From Methylomagnum ishizawai (GTDB lineage Bacteria; Pseudomonadota; Gammaproteobacteria; Methylococcales; Methylomonadaceae): a stretch of 24,000 bases of DNA. The notes below the pieces were generated by a model. That model saw nothing but the letters and a program-made list of their open reading frames with translations. It was not told where the DNA came from and searched no databases. The DNA lies in the NCBI GenBank assembly GCA_945861705.1, contig CAMAVM010000011.1, forward strand, positions 57,799 through 81,798, written 5' to 3'. The translations under genes were made by a program, and so were the position numbers. Of this stretch, positions 9,160-17,629 are shown piece after piece. Numbering within the stretch: position 1 is the stretch's first letter; each line of letters opens with the position of its first letter.

Positions 9160-10217
9160 TTTTCAAAGTTGCAAGACAGTAAGATGTAATAACCATCGGG
9201 TATCGACCGAAGGAATTTGTTTAACCACTAAACTACGCCTTTGTTTCATAAAATAGATCCTGACAAATCATTTTTAGCATTAATTAATCTTGTTTCTAGC
9301 CTTAACCATCCCCTACCGCTCCATAGCGGTCGGCTATCGGCTCAATCCAGTCATACGTTCGCACAAGGCATCCGCCAATCAAATTGTGCGGCAGTGTATT
9401 AAAAAAGCCACCCTGCCTATCCGTATGAACACCTAGACCCTTACATAAGCGGCATAAGGTGGTTTAGGTTTGTGGGTTTCCCCACCTGTCGGTCAATCCG
9501 GTAATCGGTCTTGGGATTTGCTTTAAAAGGTAAGCCCCTGGACGCGCCTTTCCAGTGCCGATTGATGTCTTGCGGCAGGTTTCGTCCAATGAATCTGGGG
9601 GTTTTTGATGGTACTGATACTAGCAGAACCCCACAATTGTGCTATAAGTGCATGATAAATAGGGAGGCAGGTCACACTATTTTTTCTGGTTATCCGAACC
9701 GGTTCACACAATTGTTTAATCCATCGCAGAAACACAGCACCAAACTGGATACATACCCAGTCTTTGACATAGTGTAGGGCTTACACACGATTAACGCAGC
9801 TTTTTATCAAATACCTCATTGCATCCCTAATCATCAGGGAATCTCAGCTAATTCAAAAAACTCATTCCTGCTGTACAAGCAAACTTGCGTCGCTGGCAAT
9901 TGGTATCACTGATTCACACAAAAATAAGACAGCCAGTGTGGTGAATCGTCACATCCACTCGATAGTTTGTGCAACATAGTCATCGCTAAAGCCCGTATTA
10001 CTTCCAAATTTGAGACTCATATCACATTAAAAAGCTACCGATTGATACCTGGTTCACAGAAATTATTCTGAGCAGTACGTATAATTTTTAGCAACTGGAA
10101 AGCAGCATAACAAGAGCTGAATTTCCATCGGAACAGGATTTAGTTGGGCAAGGATTCACGCAACCAGGAATGAAAAGGACAAACTGCGTTATTCACTTTT
10201 TAATAGGGATAAGAATC

Positions 10218-10736
10218 ATGAAAAAAATTATTGCACTAGTAGTATTGGCTTGTTTGTATACCACCGCCAATGCTGCAACCTACTCATTTAATGTTGCTGC
10301 GGGTTCAAACGTTGGTAGCGGCTCTTTAGTGACTGATGCAACTGGTTTTGCGACCAGCGGCTCTCTGGTTATGACCAGTGGAGCGGATATGGGTACTTAT
10401 GTGTTGTTTTCTGGTGGTGTATCGCCAACATATAGTCCCTATAATGCGTTTATATTCGACAATATGACCTATAACGGCTCAGCTATAGACCTCGATTGGT
10501 ATGGCTTGTTATTTGTTGGCAACGGGCTTGAAATCAATATCTGGGGCAATGGTGCAGGTAATCCCTATTCGTTTTGGTCTCATAATGGTAGCGGATACAA
10601 TTTTAGCTCCGATGCGGCAGCGTTCGCGATGACGGCGGCCACACCTATCCCAGCAGCGGTCTGGTTGTTTGGTTCAGCCCTGGTAGGCTTGGCAGGGATT
10701 GGTAAACGCAAACAGGGAAAAGTGTTAATTGCCTGA
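10218..10736 (+). CDS. Secreted protein with a PEP-CTERM/VPLPA-CTERM-type C-terminal sorting signal.
   Basis: The signal peptide is MKKIIALVVLACLYTTANA|A, from the ATG at 10218. The C-terminus reads TPIPAAVWLFGSALVGLAGIGKRKQGK, giving a P-x-P motif, a TM helix and a basic tail. Confidence 0.65.
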   Translation: MKKIIALVVLACLYTTANAATYSFNVAAGSNVGSGSLVTDATGFATSGSLVMTSGADMGTYVLFSGGVSPTYSPYNAFIFDNMTYNGSAIDLDWYGLLFVGNGLEINIWGNGAGNPYSFWSHNGSGYNFSSDAAAFAMTAATPIPAAVWLFGSALVGLAGIGKRKQGKVLIA

Positions 10737-10777
10737 TTTGACAAAATATTCTGGTATTGGCTTCATGATTTAACTTG

Positions 10778-10800
10778 CCGCCCTTCGGGGCGGTTTTTTA
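10778..10800 (+). terminator. Rho-independent terminator.
   Basis: The stem-loop ccgccc-ttcg-gggcgg is followed by ttttttatt, 40 nt after the stop at 10736. Confidence 0.7.
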
Positions 10801-10836
10801 TTTGAAACAATCCTACAGCTACGAATTAGGACAATG

Positions 10837-12657
10837 TCACAGCCCACTGGATTCAATTTCCGCTTCATCCGGTAAGAAACCGCCAGCCTGCATACTCCAC
10901 AAGCGATGATACAAACCTTGCCGAGCCAAGAGTTGGCTGTGTTCGCCATCTTCGACAATACGTCCCTGATCAAACACTAAAATCCGATCCAAATGGGCAA
11001 TCGTAGACATACGGTGTGCAATGGCAATGACCGTTTTACGACCCATGGCGCGATCCAAGTTTTCTTGGATGGTTTTCTCAGTGATTGAATCCAAGCTAGA
11101 AGTGGCTTCATCCAAAATCAGGATGGGTGCATCTTTTAAAATCACCCGCGCAATCGCAATTCGCTGACGTTGCCCACCGGATAATTTCACGCCGCGCTCA
11201 CCTACCAAAGAGCTATAGCCTTCAGGCATGTTGCGAATAAATTCATCGGCATGTGCCAAACATGCCGCAGTTTCGATGGCCTCATCGTCAATCTCCAAGC
11301 GGCCATAGCTGATGTTTTCTTTCAGGCTGCGATGGAACAAGCTGGGGTCTTGCGGGATTAAACTCACCTGTTCATGCAACGAATCTTGCAGAACCTGGGT
11401 AATGTCCATGCCATCGATTAGAATCTGCCCACTTTGCGGCTCATAATTTCGCAGCATTAAACCGACAAAAGTCGATTTACCAGAACCTGAAAATCCGACG
11501 AGCCCTACTCGCTGCCCCGGCTCAATCACAACATTAAAATTGTCGAAAACGAGTTGTTTAGGGTCATAACCGAAACACACATTGCGGAATTCAATACGGC
11601 CTCGCGTGATCTTAAGTGGCAATGCGCCAGGTACATCCACAATCTCGTGCTGTTGTACGATGGTGTCCAAGCCATTCGCAATATTGCCCACATATTCGAA
11701 AAACTCCAAAAACCGCCGCGATAGGTTGCGGGCATCACTAATGATCAATAAAGCCAACCCAATGCACATGGTAAAATCACCAACGCTAATCAAACCGCTG
11801 TCCCACAAGGTTAAGGCATAATACACCGTACCCACTTTCAATAATGCAGCGGAAATAAATTGAAACCAACGTACCCGCTCCATATACCAAAACGTGCGGC
11901 GTGCGGTCTGCACTTCCGTTTCCAAAAAACCGTCTAGATATTCCCGTTCAAACTGTAACCGTGCAAACAACTTGGCATTCAGAATATTGGTGACCGAATC
12001 AACAATCTTGCCATTCACCTGGCTACGAGTCGCTGCGTAACTCTGTGCATAAGGTTGACAGCGCGTTGCCAACCAATAGGAAAGCAATACGTAGACCAAT
12101 ACCCAGCCTGCGACCATTAAGCCTAAACCTTGGTGCACTTTTAACAACAAGGTAGTGGACACGGCAAAGGTAATCAATATAGGCCAAAAGTCGCATAGCA
12201 CCGCCCAGACTGTGTGGTTGACGCTCATTGCCGTTTCACTAATGCGATGGGCTAAAGCCCCCGCAAAATGACTGCCAAAATAACGCGGTGCGTGGTATTG
12301 CAAATAGGCATAAAGAGTTTTGGTCGTGCGCTGGCGTAAGCGTGGCCCCATGATAATCAATACCGCACCACTGGCGCGGCTAAACAGTATTTCTGCAATG
12401 TTTAACCCTGCCAATAGCAGTAAAGGATAATGCAGATTCTGTAATACTGCGCCGCTTGGACTCTGGGCAACACCATCCATAATGGCTTTGATAGCATAGG
12501 GTACCAGGATACTGCCTATCGCTTGCCCAGTCTCAAAAATTAACATCAACAGCAGTAGACCCCGAAAGCGAACTAAACAGTATAAAATGAATTTAACGAT
12601 ACTTGTGGGCAAAGAAGGTGCGTCTGCTGCTCGTTGGAAAGGTGCTTTTTGGGGCAT
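10837..12657 (-). CDS. ABC transporter with fused permease and ATPase (type I exporter, MsbA/MdlB-like).
   Basis: An N-terminal 6-TM region is followed by Walker A GFSGSGKST, the signature LSGGQRQRIAIAR, Walker B ILILDEATSSLD and an H-loop AHR. Confidence 0.9.
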   Translation of the reverse strand: MPQKAPFQRAADAPSLPTSIVKFILYCLVRFRGLLLLMLIFETGQAIGSILVPYAIKAIMDGVAQSPSGAVLQNLHYPLLLLAGLNIAEILFSRASGAVLIIMGPRLRQRTTKTLYAYLQYHAPRYFGSHFAGALAHRISETAMSVNHTVWAVLCDFWPILITFAVSTTLLLKVHQGLGLMVAGWVLVYVLLSYWLATRCQPYAQSYAATRSQVNGKIVDSVTNILNAKLFARLQFEREYLDGFLETEVQTARRTFWYMERVRWFQFISAALLKVGTVYYALTLWDSGLISVGDFTMCIGLALLIISDARNLSRRFLEFFEYVGNIANGLDTIVQQHEIVDVPGALPLKITRGRIEFRNVCFGYDPKQLVFDNFNVVIEPGQRVGLVGFSGSGKSTFVGLMLRNYEPQSGQILIDGMDITQVLQDSLHEQVSLIPQDPSLFHRSLKENISYGRLEIDDEAIETAACLAHADEFIRNMPEGYSSLVGERGVKLSGGQRQRIAIARVILKDAPILILDEATSSLDSITEKTIQENLDRAMGRKTVIAIAHRMSTIAHLDRILVFDQGRIVEDGEHSQLLARQGLYHRLWSMQAGGFLPDEAEIESSGL

Positions 12658-12810
12658 GACTCAAGAAATATCGGAGAAGTGTTTGGAATTATACTGGAAG
12701 GCAATGCAATCCAGAATTAGTAAAGCAGGAACGGCTTCTAGTTCATTGTTTTATAAAAAACTAAAAGATATTATCTTAATGCTTGAATGATTACGTTTAC
12801 GGCGGTTTCC

Positions 12811-14124
12811 TTAAATATCCTTCAACAAACAATTTTGTTTAGAAGTTTCCATTAATTTCCTGAAATCATTGGCAGCATCTATAAACAGTGATTCCTGGTT
12901 AATATCAGGCAACTTATTTTGACCGCATTGTTCTAAGGCATTAATTATAAAAGCAATCGTCAAAATATTGGTGTCAACGGCGGGTTGGTAAACATCATCC
13001 TCTGCTTCGAGAATATTGAATTCGACAAGGATATGGCTTGCCGTTAATTTCAATAATATCGGCTGGACAATGGCGATTGGGATAAGCAGTCTTGCCGCTA
13101 TGTCATCTGCCGTTAATGGTTGATTCAAGTGGCTAAAATTCTTGACCAGCAAATGGGTAATTTGCAGGGCAATGATTTTTTGCAGGGAAAAACTGATGTT
13201 GGAAAATCGGTTATTGTTCCGGTAGTTTTCATAATATTGCAGAAAAAATGCGACCTCACAACCAAACAGAACGATCATCCAACCCACTTGTAGCCAGACG
13301 ACAAATAAGGGTAACGCGGCAAAGCTGCCGTAAATGGCATTATAGTTGGACACGCCGATCTGTAGGCTGAGATAAGCCCATTGCAGCAGATAATACAGAA
13401 TACCTGTCACCACACCGGCAATCAGCCCCGGTCTGAAACTGATTTTATGGTTAGGCATAAAGATCAACGTAAAGGTAAATAAACCGATCATCAGCAGTAA
13501 AGGCAGCAAGCCTAGTGCTTTAATAACCAGCCACGTACCAAATTCCGGTAATTCAATAACGGTTATTAACCAGGTTATCTCAGTGTTCAGGAGTACCGTA
13601 ATGCTGCTGGACGCTATCAATATGATGGGAGCTAACAACATTAGGGATAAGTAATCGCTAAATTTACGGTTTAATGGCCGCCCCCTAGGTATTTTCCAGA
13701 TGTGGTTGAAGGATTCTTCAATATTGCCAATCAGGCTGATAATAGTCCAAAACAGCACGACAATACCAATCCCTGCAACCACCCCGCCTTTCGTGCTGTC
13801 AAGCAAGTTTTGTGCAAAACTGATTAGCTGTAATACCAGCGTATCTCGCTCAGGAGCTTGCTCAATCAACCGTTCCGTCAACGTCTTCTCAAAACCGAAG
13901 CCTTTGGCAACACCAAACAGCATGGCAATGACGGGCACTATCGACAACAGGCTATATAATGTTAATGCCGATGCCCTGAGCGGACACAGGTCGCGGGTAA
14001 ACCCTTGGGCAGACAACAGCGCTATTTTTAGCGACTTGATGATTGCTGCTTTAAATGGCGGCAGTTTTTGTTCGTGTAACAGCCATATTTCGTCTTTAAC
14101 GAAACTGATTATATTGTGTTTCAT
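12811..14124 (-). CDS. YihY/BrkB-family inner-membrane protein with a C-terminal soluble extension.
   Basis: CPLRASALTLYSLLSIVPVIAMLFGVAKGFG, YGSFAALPLFVVWLQVGWMIVLFGCE and multiple TM helices are typical of the YihY/virulence factor BrkB family. Confidence 0.8.
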   Translation of the reverse strand: MKHNIISFVKDEIWLLHEQKLPPFKAAIIKSLKIALLSAQGFTRDLCPLRASALTLYSLLSIVPVIAMLFGVAKGFGFEKTLTERLIEQAPERDTLVLQLISFAQNLLDSTKGGVVAGIGIVVLFWTIISLIGNIEESFNHIWKIPRGRPLNRKFSDYLSLMLLAPIILIASSSITVLLNTEITWLITVIELPEFGTWLVIKALGLLPLLLMIGLFTFTLIFMPNHKISFRPGLIAGVVTGILYYLLQWAYLSLQIGVSNYNAIYGSFAALPLFVVWLQVGWMIVLFGCEVAFFLQYYENYRNNNRFSNISFSLQKIIALQITHLLVKNFSHLNQPLTADDIAARLLIPIAIVQPILLKLTASHILVEFNILEAEDDVYQPAVDTNILTIAFIINALEQCGQNKLPDINQESLFIDAANDFRKLMETSKQNCLLKDI

Positions 14125-14171
14125 CGGCTGCTCTTGTATTTTTGAAGTATGTTGTCGGGTTATACGCTACG

Positions 14172-15338
14172 CTAATCTGGCCTACGATTTTTTTTCGGTA
14201 ACTTCATGGATACCAAAAAAGTCAGGATAAACAGCAACACAGCCAAAGTTTGCATCGCCATAACAGGATCAACCTGGTGCGCGGTGGCAAAGGTATAAGT
14301 GCCGACAGCGGCGAGCATCGCCAAGTTCTGGAAAAAATTTTGTAACGCAACCGCGCTGCCGCTGCCGATGCTTTGTTGGCCTAGTTCTTGTAGTGCGGCA
14401 TTGATCGGCACAATAAATATTCCCCCCATCATCCCGATAACAAACAACACACAACGTGCCGGTAACAGGCTATCGGTAAAGCTCAATACGCAAATAAACA
14501 CCGCCATGATGTAGGCAGGGATTCTGGCGCGGCGCAGGTGTTCCAATGGTATCAGGCGCGGGACGATAGCGGAACCTGCGATGATGCCAACAGCGAGGAA
14601 TAAGGTGAGCTGGGCAATCTCGGTGGCATTTTTCGACATCAAGACCAATGGTGCCCAAGCGACAATAATCACCCTCAGCGTGGCTGCCGATGCCCAAAAT
14701 AAGGATGCACCCAAAATGGCAAAACGCGAACGTGGCGTGGTAAAAAATTGGCCTATTTGTTTGCCGAATTCAATAAGTTGGGATGTCGAAGATTCTGTTT
14801 TGGCAATACGAACAGGTAAAAACAAGGTAATAAAGGCAGAAGCAATAAACAGAGCTATGGTTAATGTAAGCGCCATCGTTACGGAGTAATCCGCCAGTTT
14901 CGCGCCCACCACCATGCCTAATAGGATGGCGAGTATGGTAGAGCCTTCAATCCAGCTATTGGCTTTCACCAAGAATTCGTGCCCTGCAAGTTCAGGCAGG
15001 ATGCCGTATTTGGCGGGGCTGTAAACTGCCGCGCCCATACCGACGATACAATACGCCAGGAGCGGTTCGACCTTACAGAGCAAAAGCACTGCGCCCGCCG
15101 CCTTTATCAAATTGGCGATAATCAATACCCTGGATTTGGCGTGGTTATCCGCAAACCCACCCACCCACGGCGCGAGTACCACAAACGCCACTAAAAATGC
15201 GCTTTGCAAGGCAGGGACGTACCAAGTCGCTAACTCATGTGAGTGCATCACCATCGCAATCACCGTGAACAAAATGGCATTGTCGGCAAACGCAGACAAA
15301 AACTGGGCGATTAACAAGGGGTAAATTTGTTTATTCAT
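14172..15338 (-). CDS. lplT: MFS transporter, lysophospholipid transporter LplT-like.
   Basis: The sequence is collinear with E. coli LplT as recalled: IAQFLSAFADNAILF, GAAVYSPAKYGILPEL, LVKANSWIEGSTILAILLG, FIVPINAALQELG. Confidence 0.75.
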   Translation of the reverse strand: MNKQIYPLLIAQFLSAFADNAILFTVIAMVMHSHELATWYVPALQSAFLVAFVVLAPWVGGFADNHAKSRVLIIANLIKAAGAVLLLCKVEPLLAYCIVGMGAAVYSPAKYGILPELAGHEFLVKANSWIEGSTILAILLGMVVGAKLADYSVTMALTLTIALFIASAFITLFLPVRIAKTESSTSQLIEFGKQIGQFFTTPRSRFAILGASLFWASAATLRVIIVAWAPLVLMSKNATEIAQLTLFLAVGIIAGSAIVPRLIPLEHLRRARIPAYIMAVFICVLSFTDSLLPARCVLFVIGMMGGIFIVPINAALQELGQQSIGSGSAVALQNFFQNLAMLAAVGTYTFATAHQVDPVMAMQTLAVLLFILTFLVSMKLPKKNRRPD

Positions 15339-15524
15339 GATGATAGCGTAGATGAAATCGAAAACATTACCGAAGATTGCTGATGTTAACGACTATAAAC
15401 AAACTGGGGCTAATGTACAATTTTAATCAAAAAAGGTACTGGTTTGTAAACTAAGGAAACCCTTCGACAAGCTCATGGAAAGCTGTAAAATATTGATTTT
15501 AAATATGTATTAGCATATTGCTCA

Positions 15525-15609
15525 GTTCGTAGGATTTCAACGTGGTACCAAAGCCCATCTGTCGGTAAAGCATGAGTGACGGGGTAACATACTCCGTAGC
15601 GCGGAAGAC
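15525..15609 (+). repeat. Twin-hairpin dispersed repeat, copy A. It is degenerate and lacks the first hairpin.
   Basis: gttcgtaggatttcaacgtggtaccaaagcccatctgtcggtaaagcatgagtgacggggtaacatactccgtagcgcggaagac aligns with 17107-17189. The flank actgtaga...agagtta is also shared with copy B. Confidence 0.55.
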
Positions 15610-15645
15610 CCACTGTAGACCGTCGGGTGGAACGAAGAGTTAGAC
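15584..15645 (-). repeat. Possible degenerate terminal attC of the cassette array.
   Basis: GTTAGAC (15639-15645) abuts the stop of ORF 15640-15951, as at the other cassettes. A weak partner, ggtaac, lies at 15584-15589. Stem pairing is poor. Confidence 0.25.
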
Positions 15646-15951
15646 CTCGGGTACACGATCATAGCCTGACACGCCTAGCCACTCAATACGGCAGAAACCA
15701 GCATCGCGAAGGTATGCCACAGCCTCACGAAAGATAGGAAGACTGAACTCCTTAGGTGTGATGCCCCGAAGTAGTGAGCCTTGCTCAATATGCAGGAAGT
15801 ACACAGCATCTGGCTCTGACACGTAAGTACGGGCGATTATGGAGATTGACGCATCTGAGAAGCTGTAGAGATCGTATTCGTATCGCCATTCGTAGAGACC
15901 ATTGGTGTCAGGTTCACAGGTATCGACATAGCGAGACTTCTCGACGTGCAT
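15640..15951 (-). CDS. Hypothetical protein (cassette 10, the most distal).
   Basis: The 103-aa ORF fits exactly between attC 15956-16030 and the GTTAGAC at 15639-15645. I recognise no motif. Confidence 0.55.
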   Translation of the reverse strand: MHVEKSRYVDTCEPDTNGLYEWRYEYDLYSFSDASISIIARTYVSEPDAVYFLHIEQGSLLRGITPKEFSLPIFREAVAYLRDAGFCRIEWLGVSGYDRVPEV

Positions 15952-15955
15952 GGGG

Positions 15956-16030
15956 GACTAACGATAAGCTAAACGATGCAGTGCGACTTTATCACGCAGC
16001 ATCCAGCGACTGAAAGGAGCGAGGTTGAGC
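15956..16030 (-). repeat. attC recombination site (75 bp).
   Basis: gactaac-gataagctaa...gagcgag-gttgagc matches the array consensus. It lies immediately after the stop of ORF 16038-16187. Confidence 0.6.
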
Positions 16031-16037
16031 GGGATGT

Positions 16038-16187
16038 TTACCATTGCCACTTGCCTTGCCCTTTGATGAGTACCTTCGAGCTGCGGTTTACTACCAAAGC
16101 ACCATCGGGTGTAACCCTGTACGCGACGTTGCCATTTTTGAATTCGTAGCCTTCGTGGCTACAAGGGGTAACTAAATCAGGACACAT
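16038..16187 (-). CDS. Small 49-aa protein, the second gene of a two-gene cassette. It is not in the ORF track.
   Basis: The protein reads MCPDLVTPCSHEGYEFKNGNVAYRVTPDGALVVNRSSKVLIKGQGKWQW. Its ATG (16185-16187) lies within the last codons of the upstream ORF (ATGTGTCCTGA). Its stop is 8 nt from the attC. Confidence 0.45.
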   Translation of the reverse strand: MCPDLVTPCSHEGYEFKNGNVAYRVTPDGALVVNRSSKVLIKGQGKWQW

Positions 16188-16533
16188 GTGCATGATTGCT
16201 TTGCCCGTGAGAGTGATTGACTGTCGGTTTTTCCGTAACGCCTAAAATATTTGAAATTTCACCATCCCCGTAAGCTTCCTTCTTTGACAGGATAAGCGAT
16301 AACTTTTCTTTAATTTCGCCGAGGTGACCGCTATGACTTTGAGTGCTTTTGTTTATGACCTTATTTTTGTGTGTCCGCCCATCCTTTTCAAGTCTCGCCT
16401 TAAGTACCGTGTTCTCCTGCTTAAGCGCAGCATTCTCCTTTTCGAGCAACGCTATTTGTTTTTCAGAATCAACAAGCCGTTCTTTATAGATGGCAGACAA
16501 TGGAATTTCTTTAAGCCAGTCAAGGATAGCCAT
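16177..16533 (-). CDS. Coiled-coil hypothetical protein, the first gene of a two-gene cassette. The start is trimmed to MAILDWL.
   Basis: The tracked N-terminus (16534-16623) lies inside attC 16551-16673. A heptad-like stretch reads KQIALLEKENAALKQENTVLKARLEK. Confidence 0.55.
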   Translation of the reverse strand: MAILDWLKEIPLSAIYKERLVDSEKQIALLEKENAALKQENTVLKARLEKDGRTHKNKVINKSTQSHSGHLGEIKEKLSLILSKKEAYGDGEISNILGVTEKPTVNHSHGQSNHAHVS

Positions 16534-16550
16534 ATATGCGTTTCCGAAAT

Positions 16551-16673
16551 GCCTAACGTAAAAGTAAGGGGCGCGCCGGATGACAAAGTTTAATAAAGCC
16601 GACGAACCCAAATAAATGACCAACCTTCAAAAGCGCCTTCGTCCGGCGCGTCCCTTTGACTGGCATGTTAGGC
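16551..16673 (-). repeat. attC recombination site (123 bp).
   Basis: gcctaac-gtaaaagtaaggggcgcgccggatgac...gtccggcgcgtccctttgactggcat-gttaggc has long imperfect inverted arms. It starts 18 nt after the stop of ORF 16691-17122. Confidence 0.8.
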
Positions 16674-16690
16674 CACATAAATACTTTCCC

Positions 16691-17122
16691 TTATAGGAGT
16701 TTTAGTATGACAGATTTGTAAAGCCATATTACAGCGCTTATTAATACCAAAATTAAAGGTAGCAGTAAAATTGCATAAACCCACTTAATTTTAGTTTTTT
16801 TAGACACCCCGTTAAGAATGAACCCAATGATGAAAATGGTGATTCCAGCAGGAATTGTTAATGGTAGGCCAGAAAAGCCAAAAATTAACAATAAACCAAG
16901 TACCAATACAGTCGGTTTCTCGACCTGGACGGGAAGGTAAGTGCAACTATGGGATTGAAGGTTACAATCAAATAATATGCCAAACAGCATTCCCAGAATA
17001 AAAATGATAATTGGAAAAAGTCCAATACTTAAACTAAAGAAAAGAAGCCGGGAAACCCAGTTTGTGCTCTGAGCAGCTAACCCAGCCGGACGGGGCATGT
17101 TGCCCCGTTCGTAGGGTTTCAA
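16691..17122 (-). CDS. Small integral membrane protein (cassette 8). The start is uncertain.
   Basis: Four hydrophobic helices are visible. The first ~13 codons (about 17083-17122) are encoded by repeat copy B, so the real start may be the internal ATG at 17099 or further downstream. Confidence 0.55.
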   Translation of the reverse strand: MKPYERGNMPRPAGLAAQSTNWVSRLLFFSLSIGLFPIIIFILGMLFGILFDCNLQSHSCTYLPVQVEKPTVLVLGLLLIFGFSGLPLTIPAGITIFIIGFILNGVSKKTKIKWVYAILLLPLILVLISAVIWLYKSVILKLL

Positions 17123-17190
17123 CGTGGTTCAAAAACGCCACCGTCGGCAAAACGTAAGTGACGGGGTACATACCCCGTCACGCGGAAGAG
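17083..17190 (+). repeat. Twin-hairpin dispersed repeat, copy B, the most complete copy.
   Basis: Hairpin 1 is cggacggggca-tgt-tgccccgttcg and hairpin 2 is gtgacggggt-acat-accccgtcac. They are separated by tagggtttcaacgtggttcaaaaacgccaccgtcggcaaaacgtaa. Confidence 0.6.
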
Positions 17191-17245
17191 TACCAACACC
17201 AAATATCCAGACTGTAGATTTATAGAGTTGATAACGAATCATGTT

Positions 17246-17371
17246 GCCTAACGCAGAGCTAAGGGGCGGTTTGCCCGATGATAACGACAACGGAGACGAC
17301 AAATGACTGATAAATCACAGGATTTAAAGAACGCACTGGGGCAAAACGTCCCTTTGAGCGACATGTTAGGT
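17246..17371 (-). repeat. attC recombination site (126 bp).
   Basis: gcctaac-gcagagctaaggggcggtttgccc...ggggcaaaacgtccctttgagcgacat-gttaggt. Its first 17 nt are identical to those of attC 19636-19725. Confidence 0.75.
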
Positions 17372-17629
17372 ATGAATAATGGGGATTTGAACACACCATT
17401 AAAAATTAACAACATAAAAAATTACCAAACCAGAATTAGATGTGCCCGCGAAGATTTGATGTTGGCAAAAGAAAGACACGGCGAAAACTCCGATGAATAT
17501 AAAAAGCAACTGGAACGTTCATTTTCATTTATAAGGGGAATATTTGTTGAAATTCTCTGTGTTTCTGAGACCTGTTTCAATAACCTTCTTTTTGATAACA
17601 AGAACCAAACCACTCAAATTGACCAATAG
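17372..17629 (+). CDS. Hypothetical protein on the strand opposite to the array. This is a doubtful call.
   Basis: The ORF is open from inside the attC. The first ATG outside the core is 17372. It lies in an AT-rich segment and overlaps the 3' end of the minus-strand ORF by 53 nt. Confidence 0.3.
   Translation: MNNGDLNTPLKINNIKNYQTRIRCAREDLMLAKERHGENSDEYKKQLERSFSFIRGIFVEILCVSETCFNNLLFDNKNQTTQIDQ

Noticed and set aside
9511-9777. ORFs 9511-9777 (+) and 9523-9735 (-) as genes.
   Set aside because: They are mutually antisense over almost their whole length. They have no RBS and no recognisable motif, and their composition is atypical. They are retained only as part of the ORF-poor-region observation.
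10770-10973. Minus-strand ORF of 67 aa.
   Set aside because: It is an alternate frame overlapping the 3' end of the ABC transporter gene and the terminator hairpin. It is not independent coding sequence.
15525-17235. Interpreting repeat copies A (15525-15645) and B (17107-17235) as ordinary attC sites bounded by tttcaac and gtt(a/g)a.
   Set aside because: The sequences next to the putative cores do not pair with each other. A third copy of the same element lies outside the integron at 4643-4740, where tttcaac reads tttcagc. The tttcaac therefore belongs to the repeat element, not to an attC core.
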